Positions 54,456 to 64,000 of a stretch of DNA of 64,000 nucleotides are shown here, one piece after another. The stretch is from a virus (taxonomy: Duplodnaviria; Caudoviricetes). Where the stretch lies: the IMG/VR virus record IMGVR_UViG_3300028832_000109, positions 32,001 through 96,000 of that record, one strand, 5' to 3'. Both the position numbers and the translations under genes were made by a program. Within the stretch, counting starts at the first letter, position 1, and each line of letters begins with the position of its first letter. The notes below the pieces were generated by a model. That model saw only the letters and a list, made by a program, of their open reading frames with translations, searched no databases and had not been told where the DNA came from.

Positions 54456-55367
54456 TTATTGCCGCGGGGAGAGCAAGTCTATCATGCTCTTCATGTTAGT
54501 CCACGTCCCGCGCAGACTCATAACCGGAATCAGGAATACTGAATGATTCTGGAACTCGACCTTGCTCCAGTGGAACTTGACATCCTGCCTGAGTTCGAAT
54601 GGACGATTCGCCACGAGAACGTACGGGCGGAACTGCTTATCCTTCTCACGGTCAATCACGATGACATCGTTGAGCGAAAGTACGGCCTGCCCGGTCGTCG
54701 GCTCGATGGATGTAACCGAAACGGTCGGATTCTTCCCCAGTTCGACATTAATCAGCGCGTCCCCGGACTGGCGGCTAAACATGTGGCGCCTTTCGTCGCG
54801 GACCACGCACAGGTAGTCATGAAGGTCGAGATACCCTACCGGCTGAAACCGAGCCGGACGTTTTCCCAGGTGCCATATAAGCGACATGTACCTGGCTATC
54901 ACGGGCTCGAAGAGTGCCCCATTGTTCTCGTCAAGGTGCGCCATTAGGGTGTATATGCCGGGAAAGTCCTTGGTAAGTTCGGAACAGGTTGTAATCTTCC
55001 TCCCCGCCTTGTCCTGGAACGTGTATCGTCCGGGCTCTCCCGTAAATTTCCCGGTAAACACGTATTTTCCAAAGCGATATAACGGGGAATTGAACGAATT
55101 TAGCGCCTTCGCGAAATCCAACCCATTCCCGGTGGGTATCTTGACCCGGTCAGGAAGAACGTATACCTCGACGGTCTCTCCGACCATCTTCCAGGCGTCC
55201 ACGACCACGCCGCAATCGGTCGTGTACTTCACCTTGGCTATGTGCGCGTGGAATTCCGGATGCCCGTGTATGTCGCACAGCCCCATCGACTCGCCGAGAA
55301 CGATATGCCCGGCGTCAATATCGGGCATGTACACTACCTGCGTATTTCCCCGGTGCTGCAGAATCAT
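54456..55367 (-). CDS. Hypothetical protein
   Basis: 303 aa, coupled to gp25-like stop. Confidence 0.7.
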   Translation of the reverse strand: MILQHRGNTQVVYMPDIDAGHIVLGESMGLCDIHGHPEFHAHIAKVKYTTDCGVVVDAWKMVGETVEVYVLPDRVKIPTGNGLDFAKALNSFNSPLYRFGKYVFTGKFTGEPGRYTFQDKAGRKITTCSELTKDFPGIYTLMAHLDENNGALFEPVIARYMSLIWHLGKRPARFQPVGYLDLHDYLCVVRDERRHMFSRQSGDALINVELGKNPTVSVTSIEPTTGQAVLSLNDVIVIDREKDKQFRPYVLVANRPFELRQDVKFHWSKVEFQNHSVFLIPVMSLRGTWTNMKSMIDLLSPRQ

Positions 55368-57739
55368 CAGGCGCGTCCCCTATTCTTGAAGGGTATGCTG
55401 ATTGTCTCGACATTTCCTGACGGCAGGATTACCCCGAGCGTGAGGTATATGCCGTGCGGGCCCATGTCGGTAATCTTGCAGTGCTCGTAGACGAGGGTGA
55501 TGCGGGGCTCGTACGTCTCGAGAACGGATATGCATTCCTTCAGGATGGTTTCCGCGGAGCCTCCCGTACGTATACTGTAGATACGGTCCTCTATTGTCGT
55601 TCCAAAATCCGGGTTGAACATGCGCTCTCCCCGACGGGTGAGGAGGCATGAGTACAGGTTCTGAATCATGCTGTTCTCGTCGGTAATCTCGCAGAATCCG
55701 TTGAATGCAAAATCGCGGTTGTACGCCGCGCTGCGGCTGACCTTCTTGTCTATTACCCCCGGCTTCATCCGGTCGTTCAGCTTGACGACCCGCGTGACCT
55801 CGGCGACCGCATATATGTCCACTGGTTCGGAACATTCGAACGCTTCCCCGGACGACCAGTCGGCGTGAGGCGGCTTTTCCATGACGGTGAGCGATACGTC
55901 TCCCGAATAGCCGGACGGCATGACGAACGATAGCGACTCCCCGGTATTGGAAATCACCTGGGACCATTCGTCCGGGTTGGCGGATTCACCCACGCGCACC
56001 CTGTAGTTTCCGGTCATAGCGTCAAACGTACCCGCGTTGTTCGTGTACACGGTAACCCGGTCGCCCGCGGACGCCCTTCCAGGCACCACGGTAACAGGAA
56101 GGGGTACATGTTCCCCGCCATCGACCATGTGCTGCAGCTCTATCCTGAACGCCGACGGGTCCACTCCAGGTCCGGGCATGGAAAGGGTGACTTCCGCACC
56201 TTCCCGGCCGCGAAGAATGAACATCATCGAGACCGGTACGCCGGCCCGGCAAAGATTCTCGCTTACCGATACGGGTAGCTCAAAAGTGAATACCCTCGGC
56301 TCGATATCGTAGTTGCATGACTGCTCCGCGCCCTGGTCACTCTGTATGACCACGCTGGAAAGAGGCGACCTCTCCGCCATGCGGTAGACTTCCGCGGTCG
56401 TGCTTCCCTCAGTCCACGATGTCCCGGACAGCGCCGAGAGGTACATGACGGCGGAAACTTCCGTGCTGGCCCTTGCGACGACACTTATGCGAAAACAGTT
56501 TCCCTCGATTCCGCCCTCCGTTACCGGGGGCATGAAGGAAATCACGGCGAATTTCCGGTTAGAAACGGTTATCTTCCCATCCTGTACCGTACCACTCTTC
56601 CCGAACCTGTAGTCGCCGAACTGGTAGTCGGGAGCCAGCTCGAACGCCCCATAAGCATACGGGTATATCGGGTCGGGAGACATGTTCATGAGTGTCGACG
56701 AGTTGTCCAGCGACACCGAGCCGGCCTTCGCACCAGACACCATCGGAATATAGTTGGCGGGGACGTTCGCTACGGGCGTGCGCGGCGCATATAGCACGGT
56801 GTCCACCTCGTCGGTAATGTCCAAGTTCCCCGAACGGCAGACGAACGAGTTCGGCGCGACCGAACATACCACTGCGTTCTCGGCAACGACGGAATTCCCC
56901 TTCATAAGGGTCACGCGGTCCCCCGGTACAAAGGTGTGCGATTCCCATATTACGATTGCTTCGGACGCCCCGAGCATCGGCGAACGCCGAGCACTATACG
57001 TGCATACGCGCCATTTCGAAACGGTCATCCGGGAAACGTCGAGTTCCTCGGAACCAGAGAAGTCAGGCCTAGCCTCGGTGACATAATAGAAGCTGTCTGG
57101 AGATAACCGGGTTATCCGGTATGTCCCGTTAAACCGCTCCCCTGAAACACCGTACGAGTGGTCGGTTACCTGGTATCCGGTAACGGTAACTGCATCCCCA
57201 TCAGAAAACCCGTGGTCGCCACGGGTGACGACGGTCACCCTTCCGGATACCGGGTCGAAGGCAGCCGATTCAACGGAAACCTCGGAAACCAGCTTCTCGA
57301 AGAGGATGTTTACCGGGAGGGAATCTCCCGTATAATCCCCGTCCAGTACGGATTCTCCAGTCAATTTCGCCGGGCTACCCGCGTGATTGCAGAACTCGAA
57401 CGAGTGCTCCACTGTGTCATCAGAAAACTCGCACACGACCTCGGTATTGAAAGACGAATCATGGTAGCGGGGGGACATGTCATAGTACGGTTTGCGGAAC
57501 TTCCCATCCCAACTCTCATAAGACACGGTGTCGCACGGATTGGATGGTACCGCATACAGACCTAACCCGGAATCCCCGCTCAAGTCGTTCACCGCAGAAT
57601 AGAGAAAGAAGAGTCGAGCGCGGTACTTTCCGCTCTTTCCAAAATCCTTCGCCAGCTCGAACGAGCACCGATACTTACCGGAGCCGTCAATGCCGCCCGA
57701 CACCCTCTCCACGATATCATCCACAACAGCCATCCTCAC
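55367..57739 (-). CDS. Baseplate wedge gp25-like protein with large N-terminal beta-domain extension
   Basis: C-term MIQNL..CLLTRRGERMFNPDFGT...LETYEPRI; N-term DHGFSDGDAVTVTG...FNGTYRIT modules and IPT-like segment. Confidence 0.85.
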   Translation of the reverse strand: MRMAVVDDIVERVSGGIDGSGKYRCSFELAKDFGKSGKYRARLFFLYSAVNDLSGDSGLGLYAVPSNPCDTVSYESWDGKFRKPYYDMSPRYHDSSFNTEVVCEFSDDTVEHSFEFCNHAGSPAKLTGESVLDGDYTGDSLPVNILFEKLVSEVSVESAAFDPVSGRVTVVTRGDHGFSDGDAVTVTGYQVTDHSYGVSGERFNGTYRITRLSPDSFYYVTEARPDFSGSEELDVSRMTVSKWRVCTYSARRSPMLGASEAIVIWESHTFVPGDRVTLMKGNSVVAENAVVCSVAPNSFVCRSGNLDITDEVDTVLYAPRTPVANVPANYIPMVSGAKAGSVSLDNSSTLMNMSPDPIYPYAYGAFELAPDYQFGDYRFGKSGTVQDGKITVSNRKFAVISFMPPVTEGGIEGNCFRISVVARASTEVSAVMYLSALSGTSWTEGSTTAEVYRMAERSPLSSVVIQSDQGAEQSCNYDIEPRVFTFELPVSVSENLCRAGVPVSMMFILRGREGAEVTLSMPGPGVDPSAFRIELQHMVDGGEHVPLPVTVVPGRASAGDRVTVYTNNAGTFDAMTGNYRVRVGESANPDEWSQVISNTGESLSFVMPSGYSGDVSLTVMEKPPHADWSSGEAFECSEPVDIYAVAEVTRVVKLNDRMKPGVIDKKVSRSAAYNRDFAFNGFCEITDENSMIQNLYSCLLTRRGERMFNPDFGTTIEDRIYSIRTGGSAETILKECISVLETYEPRITLVYEHCKITDMGPHGIYLTLGVILPSGNVETISIPFKNRGRA

Positions 57740-57745
57740 CTTCCA

Positions 57746-60700
57746 TTACTCTACGCTTGGGAACAGCAGGAACTCGTACGACGTAACGACGTTGTATATC
57801 TCGTCGAAACGCTCGATTATCTCGTTCCTACGCTCGGTTTCCTCCGGTTGACCCGGGATTTCTTCACCGAACGGAACATCTGTACCCAGAATGTAAACTA
57901 GGTCGGAGAACGCGGCCCCGCCATCCTGTGAAATCGCCCCAACCAAAGAAACGACGCGCTCCGCGCCATATTTGACTAGGAATTCCACCAGTGACTGGTT
58001 CTTTGCGGTGAGCGCGGTGACCGACTGCTCGCTCGAAGTCTTCTGCGAATCGGCGATATCCTCGTCACGACGACGGAGAACCACGTAAATAAGCCCGAGT
58101 ACCAGCATGAACATCTCGCAAGGGTCGCCCTTGTGGAGGTATTCGTCCGAGAGCCATCCGGAAATTTCACCCGGGGACATGTCAATAGCACGAACGTCGC
58201 CCCGTGATTCGGATTTCAGGTACTCGTAATCGTTCATGTTCAAGCCGTTACGAGCCAACCATGCGGAGGCCTTCATGAAAGAGGGCTTCTTCGCAAGCAC
58301 GGCGTCATACTTGGCAATCAGTCTCTGGGTCAGCGGGTCGACGTTACCCGCTCCCGATGCCACATCCTCGGGTGGTATCAGGTGTCCCGGCTCGCTGTAG
58401 GAAATTCCCGACATCGCGAACCGCAGTACGCACCAGGGGAGAAGTTCATCGGGGTTCTCCGAGGGTGTGACACTCGCCTTGCGAAGCATCTCCTCCTGCT
58501 CATCCCCATAAATCATGCGAATCCCATCGAACACGTCCTCTATCGCGCCCGGGGAGAATACATCCACGCGGTTGTCCTTCATTACACCGGACACCACTCG
58601 CTTAATGAAGTCGAACGCCTCCTTCGCACTGCAACGCTCCCCGGCCCCGTGGTGCAGAACGTCGCTCTCGATGAGCGCCTTCACGAAATCGAACTCGTTG
58701 ATATACGGGTTGAGGCACCTCTTGGCGTGCTCGAATTCCTCCATGCTTCCGCAGAGGCCTACCTTGAGCTCGTCGTTGTTCATACCAAACACGGAGTACG
58801 TGTTCAGCCATGCGAGAGAAGTCTTGAGGAAGCGCCACATGCCGTAACCCTTGTGGGTAGGGCTAAGGGAACAGCTACGGAGCACCGCTCGGGCGTTCAC
58901 ATCATGCTGGCTGTCCCCCTTCATGCCGACTGCAGTCACGCCCGGATGTTCCTCGGAGTAACGCCGGATGAAGTCCCGCCATACATGCACGATGCTATCG
59001 CCTGAAACATCAGAATCTTCCGAACTGATTTCTTCCACGATTTTGCCGTCCGGCCCTGTGACAAGTCTGGACGTAGAACCCAGCGTGGTAAACCCATCGG
59101 ATATGCGCAACAGCATGTCCTTGATGAAGCGAACCTTCTCCTTCTCGGAACTTTGGCTACGCGGAATACTGTCCGTGGTAAAGCCGAACATAGTACACAT
59201 CGTTCGGTAGCTTCCGGTGTCCAATAGCGTATCGACCCTAGTATCGTGCACGTCATGCATCACGCTTCCGGAATCAACGTCAGCCATATCCTTCGTTTCG
59301 TTGGAAAGATATTCGCGGCCGGCACCGATTTCCTCGCCATCCCGGTCCACGCCGGTCATTGTGGTATTTGTCTCGCTGTAATTGTCGATAAAGAAATCGA
59401 ACAGCGGCTCGTCGGAGCCCGGCATGAGCTTCAAGGACCCGTTCACCATCATGCGACGGGGAGGCGTCTTGTAGGTGGCGTTCTCAACCCCGAGCCGGTA
59501 GAGTGCAGGGGATACGAACTCGTACACCCCGCGAGTCTTAGACTTGGCCTTAGACATGTCATTCAGTACCGTTGTCAGCAATGACTTATCGGCACTCTTC
59601 CCGTCAAGGTTCAGCGTACTCGCGGTCTTGACGGCCTTCTCGATGATTTCCTTCAAGTTGTATATGACGGCCTGGGTGGCACGGAATTTCCCTTCCTCAG
59701 TATTGGGGAACTGGATATATGAAGAGCCACTCGTCATCCGTCCCGGTGACGAATACACCGCATGCGCGGCCACGCCGTACTTTTCACTGAACCGCGCGAC
59801 ACCGATAAAGGCTAGCTCCGCAGCCAAGTCCTCCACCGAATAGCCCAGCTTCTTGATGGCATCTATGCCGGCACGGGTAACCTTCCGGCTTCCCGTACTG
59901 TTTCGCATTTCAAGCGCGTCTATGATATCGGTGAACAGCTTGTGGGGTATGGCAAACACTGAACCACGGGTGACACGGGGATACGTCGTCCCCATATAAC
60001 GTATGTTGATGTTCTTACTGAACCCGCCAGAACTCTTTACTTGCGTACTGCCTGGAACTGAGCGGGTATCGTTGTACTGGCGGTCGCTCTTGCGGACGGC
60101 GTTCGTATAGTAAAGAGCGCGGTCCCCCTCGCCGTCATTTCCCCTGTACGGAGCGAGTCTCGGTTCGCCGCCAGTCTTTCCGGCGATATGCGAGTTGATT
60201 ATGCCCGCAGCCAGGCGAACGGCATCCTTGTCCCGCAAGTCGATGCCAAAGAACGTACCGCCCGAATAGAAATCCTTCATGGCGCGGCGGTAATGCATCG
60301 TGAGATAGAAAAGCGACACCAGGGTTTCCTGCGTAAGGACCCCGTCAGGCAATCCCGGAGGGACAAAGTCGTTGTCATGGGCAGCGATGCCCAGGGATTC
60401 CATGCACCACCATACGTGCTGGGCTACCCTAGCCGGATTCATCTCATCACTCGGGCTTTCGTTCGGTTCACGCGCCATGGCCTCGGCCAGAGCATCCATC
60501 CCCTTCTGGACAGCTTCCGGTGTTTCCCCTCGCTCCCCGGAAAACTCGCGATACTTTTCCAGGATGTCCCCCGCGATTTTCAGCGTATTCCGAAGGAGGT
60601 CGCGCCGTTCGTAGTTCAGACGGGCCAGGTAGAGCGAGCGGTCGGCCTTCGATTGAGGCTCGTCGATTCCGGTATCGGTTTCCTCGGCCGTCCCGTCGAC

Positions 60701-60949
60701 CACATTCATACCGAGCCTGTCAGTGTCGCTATCGAGGGAACTGTCCGCGGATGGCTCGGAATAGCCCATCTCGTCCTCACCCTCGTAGTCCACAATGCGA
60801 CCGTAATCCCCTATGCCACCAGAGATGTCCTCGCTCCGGTCGACCTGTTCGTCGGATTCAGCTTCGAGCGCGGCACGCGGCTTGGAGGGCTTCCGAACGA
60901 CGGCGCCCCATGATTCCACCAAATTGCGATTGTAAAGATTGAGCGGCAT
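57746..60949 (-). CDS. Large late hypothetical protein
   Basis: 1067 aa; ATAAACT at 60978-60984; LVE-S and ALE-A near N-terminus. Confidence 0.75.
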   Translation of the reverse strand: MPLNLYNRNLVESWGAVVRKPSKPRAALEAESDEQVDRSEDISGGIGDYGRIVDYEGEDEMGYSEPSADSSLDSDTDRLGMNVVDGTAEETDTGIDEPQSKADRSLYLARLNYERRDLLRNTLKIAGDILEKYREFSGERGETPEAVQKGMDALAEAMAREPNESPSDEMNPARVAQHVWWCMESLGIAAHDNDFVPPGLPDGVLTQETLVSLFYLTMHYRRAMKDFYSGGTFFGIDLRDKDAVRLAAGIINSHIAGKTGGEPRLAPYRGNDGEGDRALYYTNAVRKSDRQYNDTRSVPGSTQVKSSGGFSKNINIRYMGTTYPRVTRGSVFAIPHKLFTDIIDALEMRNSTGSRKVTRAGIDAIKKLGYSVEDLAAELAFIGVARFSEKYGVAAHAVYSSPGRMTSGSSYIQFPNTEEGKFRATQAVIYNLKEIIEKAVKTASTLNLDGKSADKSLLTTVLNDMSKAKSKTRGVYEFVSPALYRLGVENATYKTPPRRMMVNGSLKLMPGSDEPLFDFFIDNYSETNTTMTGVDRDGEEIGAGREYLSNETKDMADVDSGSVMHDVHDTRVDTLLDTGSYRTMCTMFGFTTDSIPRSQSSEKEKVRFIKDMLLRISDGFTTLGSTSRLVTGPDGKIVEEISSEDSDVSGDSIVHVWRDFIRRYSEEHPGVTAVGMKGDSQHDVNARAVLRSCSLSPTHKGYGMWRFLKTSLAWLNTYSVFGMNNDELKVGLCGSMEEFEHAKRCLNPYINEFDFVKALIESDVLHHGAGERCSAKEAFDFIKRVVSGVMKDNRVDVFSPGAIEDVFDGIRMIYGDEQEEMLRKASVTPSENPDELLPWCVLRFAMSGISYSEPGHLIPPEDVASGAGNVDPLTQRLIAKYDAVLAKKPSFMKASAWLARNGLNMNDYEYLKSESRGDVRAIDMSPGEISGWLSDEYLHKGDPCEMFMLVLGLIYVVLRRRDEDIADSQKTSSEQSVTALTAKNQSLVEFLVKYGAERVVSLVGAISQDGGAAFSDLVYILGTDVPFGEEIPGQPEETERRNEIIERFDEIYNVVTSYEFLLFPSVE

Positions 60950-60989
60950 AAATATGGATTCCAGCTAAGATATCCATAGTTTATGGTGT

Positions 60990-61955
60990 TCAGGTGGGTT
61001 CGTTACCGCCGGATTCTTCGGAATAGTATTCCTCGTAGTCGAAATTGGGGACGTCGGAATCGTCCGGCAAACCTTCGCCGTCCTCCTCCATGCTATCCGC
61101 CCGCAGTTTCTCGTCGTACATAACGAATGCCTGCTCCAGCTCGAGCTCGTCCACGAACAACACGTCATGGGGAATGTCATCCTGTTGGAGCATATGAATG
61201 GCACAGTCGACCAAGGAAGCCTCGTTGGGTACCCATACGTTGAACAGCCACCCATCTATCCCGGCGATTGCCCCAACGCACACGATGTCCGGATTTCCAC
61301 CGCAGAGTATCACTTCCACGCGGCCGCGGATTCCATCCGTGTCGTTTTCAGCGTCAGGCTCCCCGCCCATGAAATCCTTGTTCGGCCGGAACATGGCCGA
61401 CTCGGTGGCGTTTACGGCATATACCTCGAACAGTGTTCCCCCCATGCGCTGTATCGTGCCGACGTGGTTCATCCTGTACGGGTTGGATGCGAGGTACCCG
61501 TTCACTATTTCAGGGTCTATCCCGCTATCCTCCGATGGCACGTGCTTGCTGGTGAACTCCACCGCATAAGCGTACGCCTCGCACGGGTCGTCCACGTATC
61601 CGATACTGTACACGTTGGAATTGTCCCTGGAATACAGGTCAGTTATGAACCGACCCGGCTTGTCTGTCATGTACATGTCCCCGCCGCCACGGCCCTCGAC
61701 AGAAATGCCCGGTTCGAGAATGAGGGGCACTCCCCCGAGCATATAGATGTACAGTATCTCGGTGGTTATCATACCGATAGAGCCACCGACAATGTATATG
61801 GGAACAGGACGGCCCTGGCATTCGGGGTCGTCCGACAACTTGTCCAGTTCCCCCATGAGCTCCATGTACTGGTCAACACCGTCATAGTCCGCCTGCACTA
61901 CTGCAAAAGGCGGCCGAACGGATGAAAGGCCATTCATGTAGCTCAACGACGGCAT
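60990..61955 (-). CDS. Hypothetical acidic protein
   Basis: 321-aa ORF in minus-strand run. Confidence 0.7.
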   Translation of the reverse strand: MPSLSYMNGLSSVRPPFAVVQADYDGVDQYMELMGELDKLSDDPECQGRPVPIYIVGGSIGMITTEILYIYMLGGVPLILEPGISVEGRGGGDMYMTDKPGRFITDLYSRDNSNVYSIGYVDDPCEAYAYAVEFTSKHVPSEDSGIDPEIVNGYLASNPYRMNHVGTIQRMGGTLFEVYAVNATESAMFRPNKDFMGGEPDAENDTDGIRGRVEVILCGGNPDIVCVGAIAGIDGWLFNVWVPNEASLVDCAIHMLQQDDIPHDVLFVDELELEQAFVMYDEKLRADSMEEDGEGLPDDSDVPNFDYEEYYSEESGGNEPT

Positions 61956-61959
61956 CTAC

Positions 61960-62421
61960 TTATCTCTTGGTAATCCTGAACACAGGAGTCCGCGGCGCAG
62001 GCTGCGGGGCGACCTTCTTGGGCTCAGTCTCGGCCAGTTCCTCTTCCGTGAGGAACACCTTCAACGTTTCCACCATGTTGACGAAAAGCGGCGGGTCGGT
62101 ATATGACGGATTGGCCTTGTTGGCCTCGCGCAGCTTATGCATCTCGTCCTTGTAGTCGGTGATGCGCATCTTGATGGCGTCGTGGATTCCTTCCGGGATG
62201 TCCGAAATGTCGATGTCGAACTTCTTCTCGGGGAAGTCGCATGTCGCCTCACCGTCCACAATCCTGATTCCGAGTTCGGCCTGTTCTTCCGGGCTGAACT
62301 CGAACTTCGGGAGGAAAACCCTGAAGAATGGAAAGTACGTCTGCAACGTGCTAGGGAGGTTGTAAGCGTACTTGACGATGTTGTAGCGGTCTTTGACAGT
62401 CAAATGAAGAATCTTTTCCAT
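61960..62421 (-). CDS. Hypothetical protein
   Basis: 153 aa, GAGG RBS. Confidence 0.7.
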   Translation of the reverse strand: MEKILHLTVKDRYNIVKYAYNLPSTLQTYFPFFRVFLPKFEFSPEEQAELGIRIVDGEATCDFPEKKFDIDISDIPEGIHDAIKMRITDYKDEMHKLREANKANPSYTDPPLFVNMVETLKVFLTEEELAETEPKKVAPQPAPRTPVFRITKR

Positions 62422-62457
62422 ATTATCCTCGGCGGGGATACACCCCTGGTTCCAAAA

Positions 62458-63462
62458 TTATGTCTTTTCTGCTTTCCTGGCGGTCTTTCTCGCATCGCGC
62501 AATGCCGAATAGGCCTTCTTGACCCATTCCCCATCCTCTTCCGGGGCAAGTTCGATGTTAACCATGGCCCGCAACCCGGTGCCGCAAAGGTTGTCTACGG
62601 GATATCCGTACGTGAAGTCGAGCGTCTTGGGTGGGACGGATACCACGAGCAGCCTCCCGTATACGTCGAAATCTAGCGTTGTGCCCAAAATGAAGTCCTC
62701 CGGAGGTATCCGGCGGGTAAAACTGATGAACGGGAACCCGTCGGGGGACATGAACGCCTCCATCCCGCGTTCCTCGTCGATGAGGGGGTTGATTGAAACC
62801 CGGAGGTCACCGTTCGCGCCACCCTTTATGCCCTCGTTGCCATGTCCCGGAGCCACAATTTCGGTCATTCCCGGCATCAGGTCAAACTGATAGGTGCATT
62901 CCTTGACAAATTTGCCCTCCCCATGGCATATTGGGCATTCTCCAGTGGCAATATAGCTAGCCCCGTTGCATTTCGGGCACGTTTTTTCCTTTTTTCGGAA
63001 GACAATCTTTCCCGTCGCCCCGCATCTCGGGCAGTTTACTACCTTTTCAGCACCCCGCCCGGAGCACATCAAGCACTCGGTAGTCTTCTCGTATTTCAAC
63101 TCGTACCCGTACTTGCCGAAAATGAACGTCTCCAGAGGAACATTCTCGGTAACTTCGATGTCACTTCCCCTATCGGCGCATCGGTCATCAACGGGAGGCT
63201 TTCCGAAATTGGCCGCCACATCAGATTTCCCGAAAACTTTCTCCGTCCACTTGAACATTACGGTAAAGTCGTTGCCGTTCACGTACTTCTTGCGCAGTTC
63301 CGGAGTCTTGATGAGGGCGTAGGCCTCGTTTATCTTCGCCATCTCGTCAGCGCTGCCGCCTATGTCCGGGTGATTCTTGCGGGCAAGCTCTTTGTACCGG
63401 GCCAAAATCTCTTCGTCAGTGGCCGATGGACTGACCCCGAGTATCCCATATGCGTCTATCAT
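62458..63462 (-). CDS. dnaJ: DnaJ co-chaperone
   Basis: J-domain YGILGV...HPD...INEAY; four CxxC zinc-finger motifs; RGSDI, G.GNEG..GG..GDL.V. Confidence 0.92.
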   Translation of the reverse strand: MIDAYGILGVSPSATDEEILARYKELARKNHPDIGGSADEMAKINEAYALIKTPELRKKYVNGNDFTVMFKWTEKVFGKSDVAANFGKPPVDDRCADRGSDIEVTENVPLETFIFGKYGYELKYEKTTECLMCSGRGAEKVVNCPRCGATGKIVFRKKEKTCPKCNGASYIATGECPICHGEGKFVKECTYQFDLMPGMTEIVAPGHGNEGIKGGANGDLRVSINPLIDEERGMEAFMSPDGFPFISFTRRIPPEDFILGTTLDFDVYGRLLVVSVPPKTLDFTYGYPVDNLCGTGLRAMVNIELAPEEDGEWVKKAYSALRDARKTARKAEKT

Positions 63463-63477
63463 CGAAAACCTCCGCCC

Positions 63478-63485
63478 TATAAACT
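63478..63485 (+). promoter_or_regulatory. Late promoter TATAAACT
   Basis: Upstream of GAGG RBS and ATG 63519. Confidence 0.65.
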
Positions 63486-63518
63486 ACGATTAAATTCCCG
63501 AACGCGCGAGGGCCATCG

Positions 63519-64000
63519 ATGACACCGGAAGAATTAGTCAACCTGTATTACCAGAAACCGCCAAAAAAGCCGGAAGACCCGAAAATTCCGTCCGGGCTCA
63601 ACGAATCCAGCGAAACATCCGACTCCGACGGGGTCGGCAAGGTAAAGGTAACCCACCCGGTCGACGGCACAAAGAAGCACCCGAAAAACGGTTGCGCCTG
63701 GGATGCCATGGGTCCCCTGGCCGGTTCCGGGGAATCCGGGCCGTTTGACGGCCTCAATGATGGAGAGGGGGCACAAATAGGCGAAAGCTCCGTTCCTGCA
63801 GCTCCGGCCGCACCGGCATCCGGTGGCGCAATGGGTGAATCGATGCTGACACGCAAGGAGTTCAACGCCATCCTGGAAGGCTTGATGGAAAAGTACCCGA
63901 ACTCCTCGGCGCCAGCCCAAATTCGGGCGATGTTCAACAGCATGCAGTCCGGCGGCAACGGCCAGCTTTATTGTGGAGCGGACGGATGCGAATCGTTGGG
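63519..64000 (+). CDS. Late protein, partial (runs off window)
   Basis: MTPEELVNLYYQKPPKK...LNES...IGES...MGES...ILEG open to window end (not in ORF track). Confidence 0.65.
   Translation, partial: MTPEELVNLYYQKPPKKPEDPKIPSGLNESSETSDSDGVGKVKVTHPVDGTKKHPKNGCAWDAMGPLAGSGESGPFDGLNDGEGAQIGESSVPAAPAAPASGGAMGESMLTRKEFNAILEGLMEKYPNSSAPAQIRAMFNSMQSGGNGQLYCGADGCESL

Noticed and set aside
1-64000. Stop-codon reassignment (TAG or TGA recoding)
   Set aside because: Conserved genes are full length in the standard code and end at TAG, TGA and TAA; reading through TAG 18915 does not give the gp51-like sequence
1-64000. tRNA, rRNA or large ncRNA genes
   Set aside because: Intergenic gaps are short and accounted for by promoters and terminators; no cloverleaf seen by eye (tRNAscan/Infernal not run)

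Overview
The whole window reads as part of a large, GC-rich T4-like (myovirus, probably jumbo) phage genome. I saw no clearly cellular region, tRNA, rRNA or CRISPR array. Family calls rest on motifs recognised by eye; no database search was run. It encodes (i) a T4-type replication/recombination set: PolB, gp45 clamp, gp44/62 loader, gp41 helicase, gp61 primase, gp32 SSB, UvsX, UvsY, gp47 nuclease and a RuvC-like resolvase; (ii) contractile-tail genes: sheath, tube, gp3/gp54-like, tape measure, gp48/53/27/5/25/26/51-like, plus gp4; (iii) auxiliary genes: IF-1, DnaJ, thioredoxin-like, HAD nucleotidase, GNAT and several glycosyltransferase-like genes. The most interesting signals are regulatory. 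An identical 10-mer, CCTATGGAAC, spans the start codon of five core replisome genes and is a candidate shared translational operator. Three promoter classes can be read from the DNA: TTGnnn-17-TATATT, TTGCTATATTT/TAnnTTT and a late ATAAACT box. A prfB-like CUU-UAG +1 frameshift site could fuse the gp26-like and gp51-like tail chaperones. A set of late proteins, including a GNAT enzyme, shares an N-terminal leader and L/I-x-E sites suggestive of capsid-packaged cargo. Several enzyme-fold proteins look catalytically degenerate: Glf-like, GT-B, a 5xHTH-GT-A fusion and the gp5 amidase.
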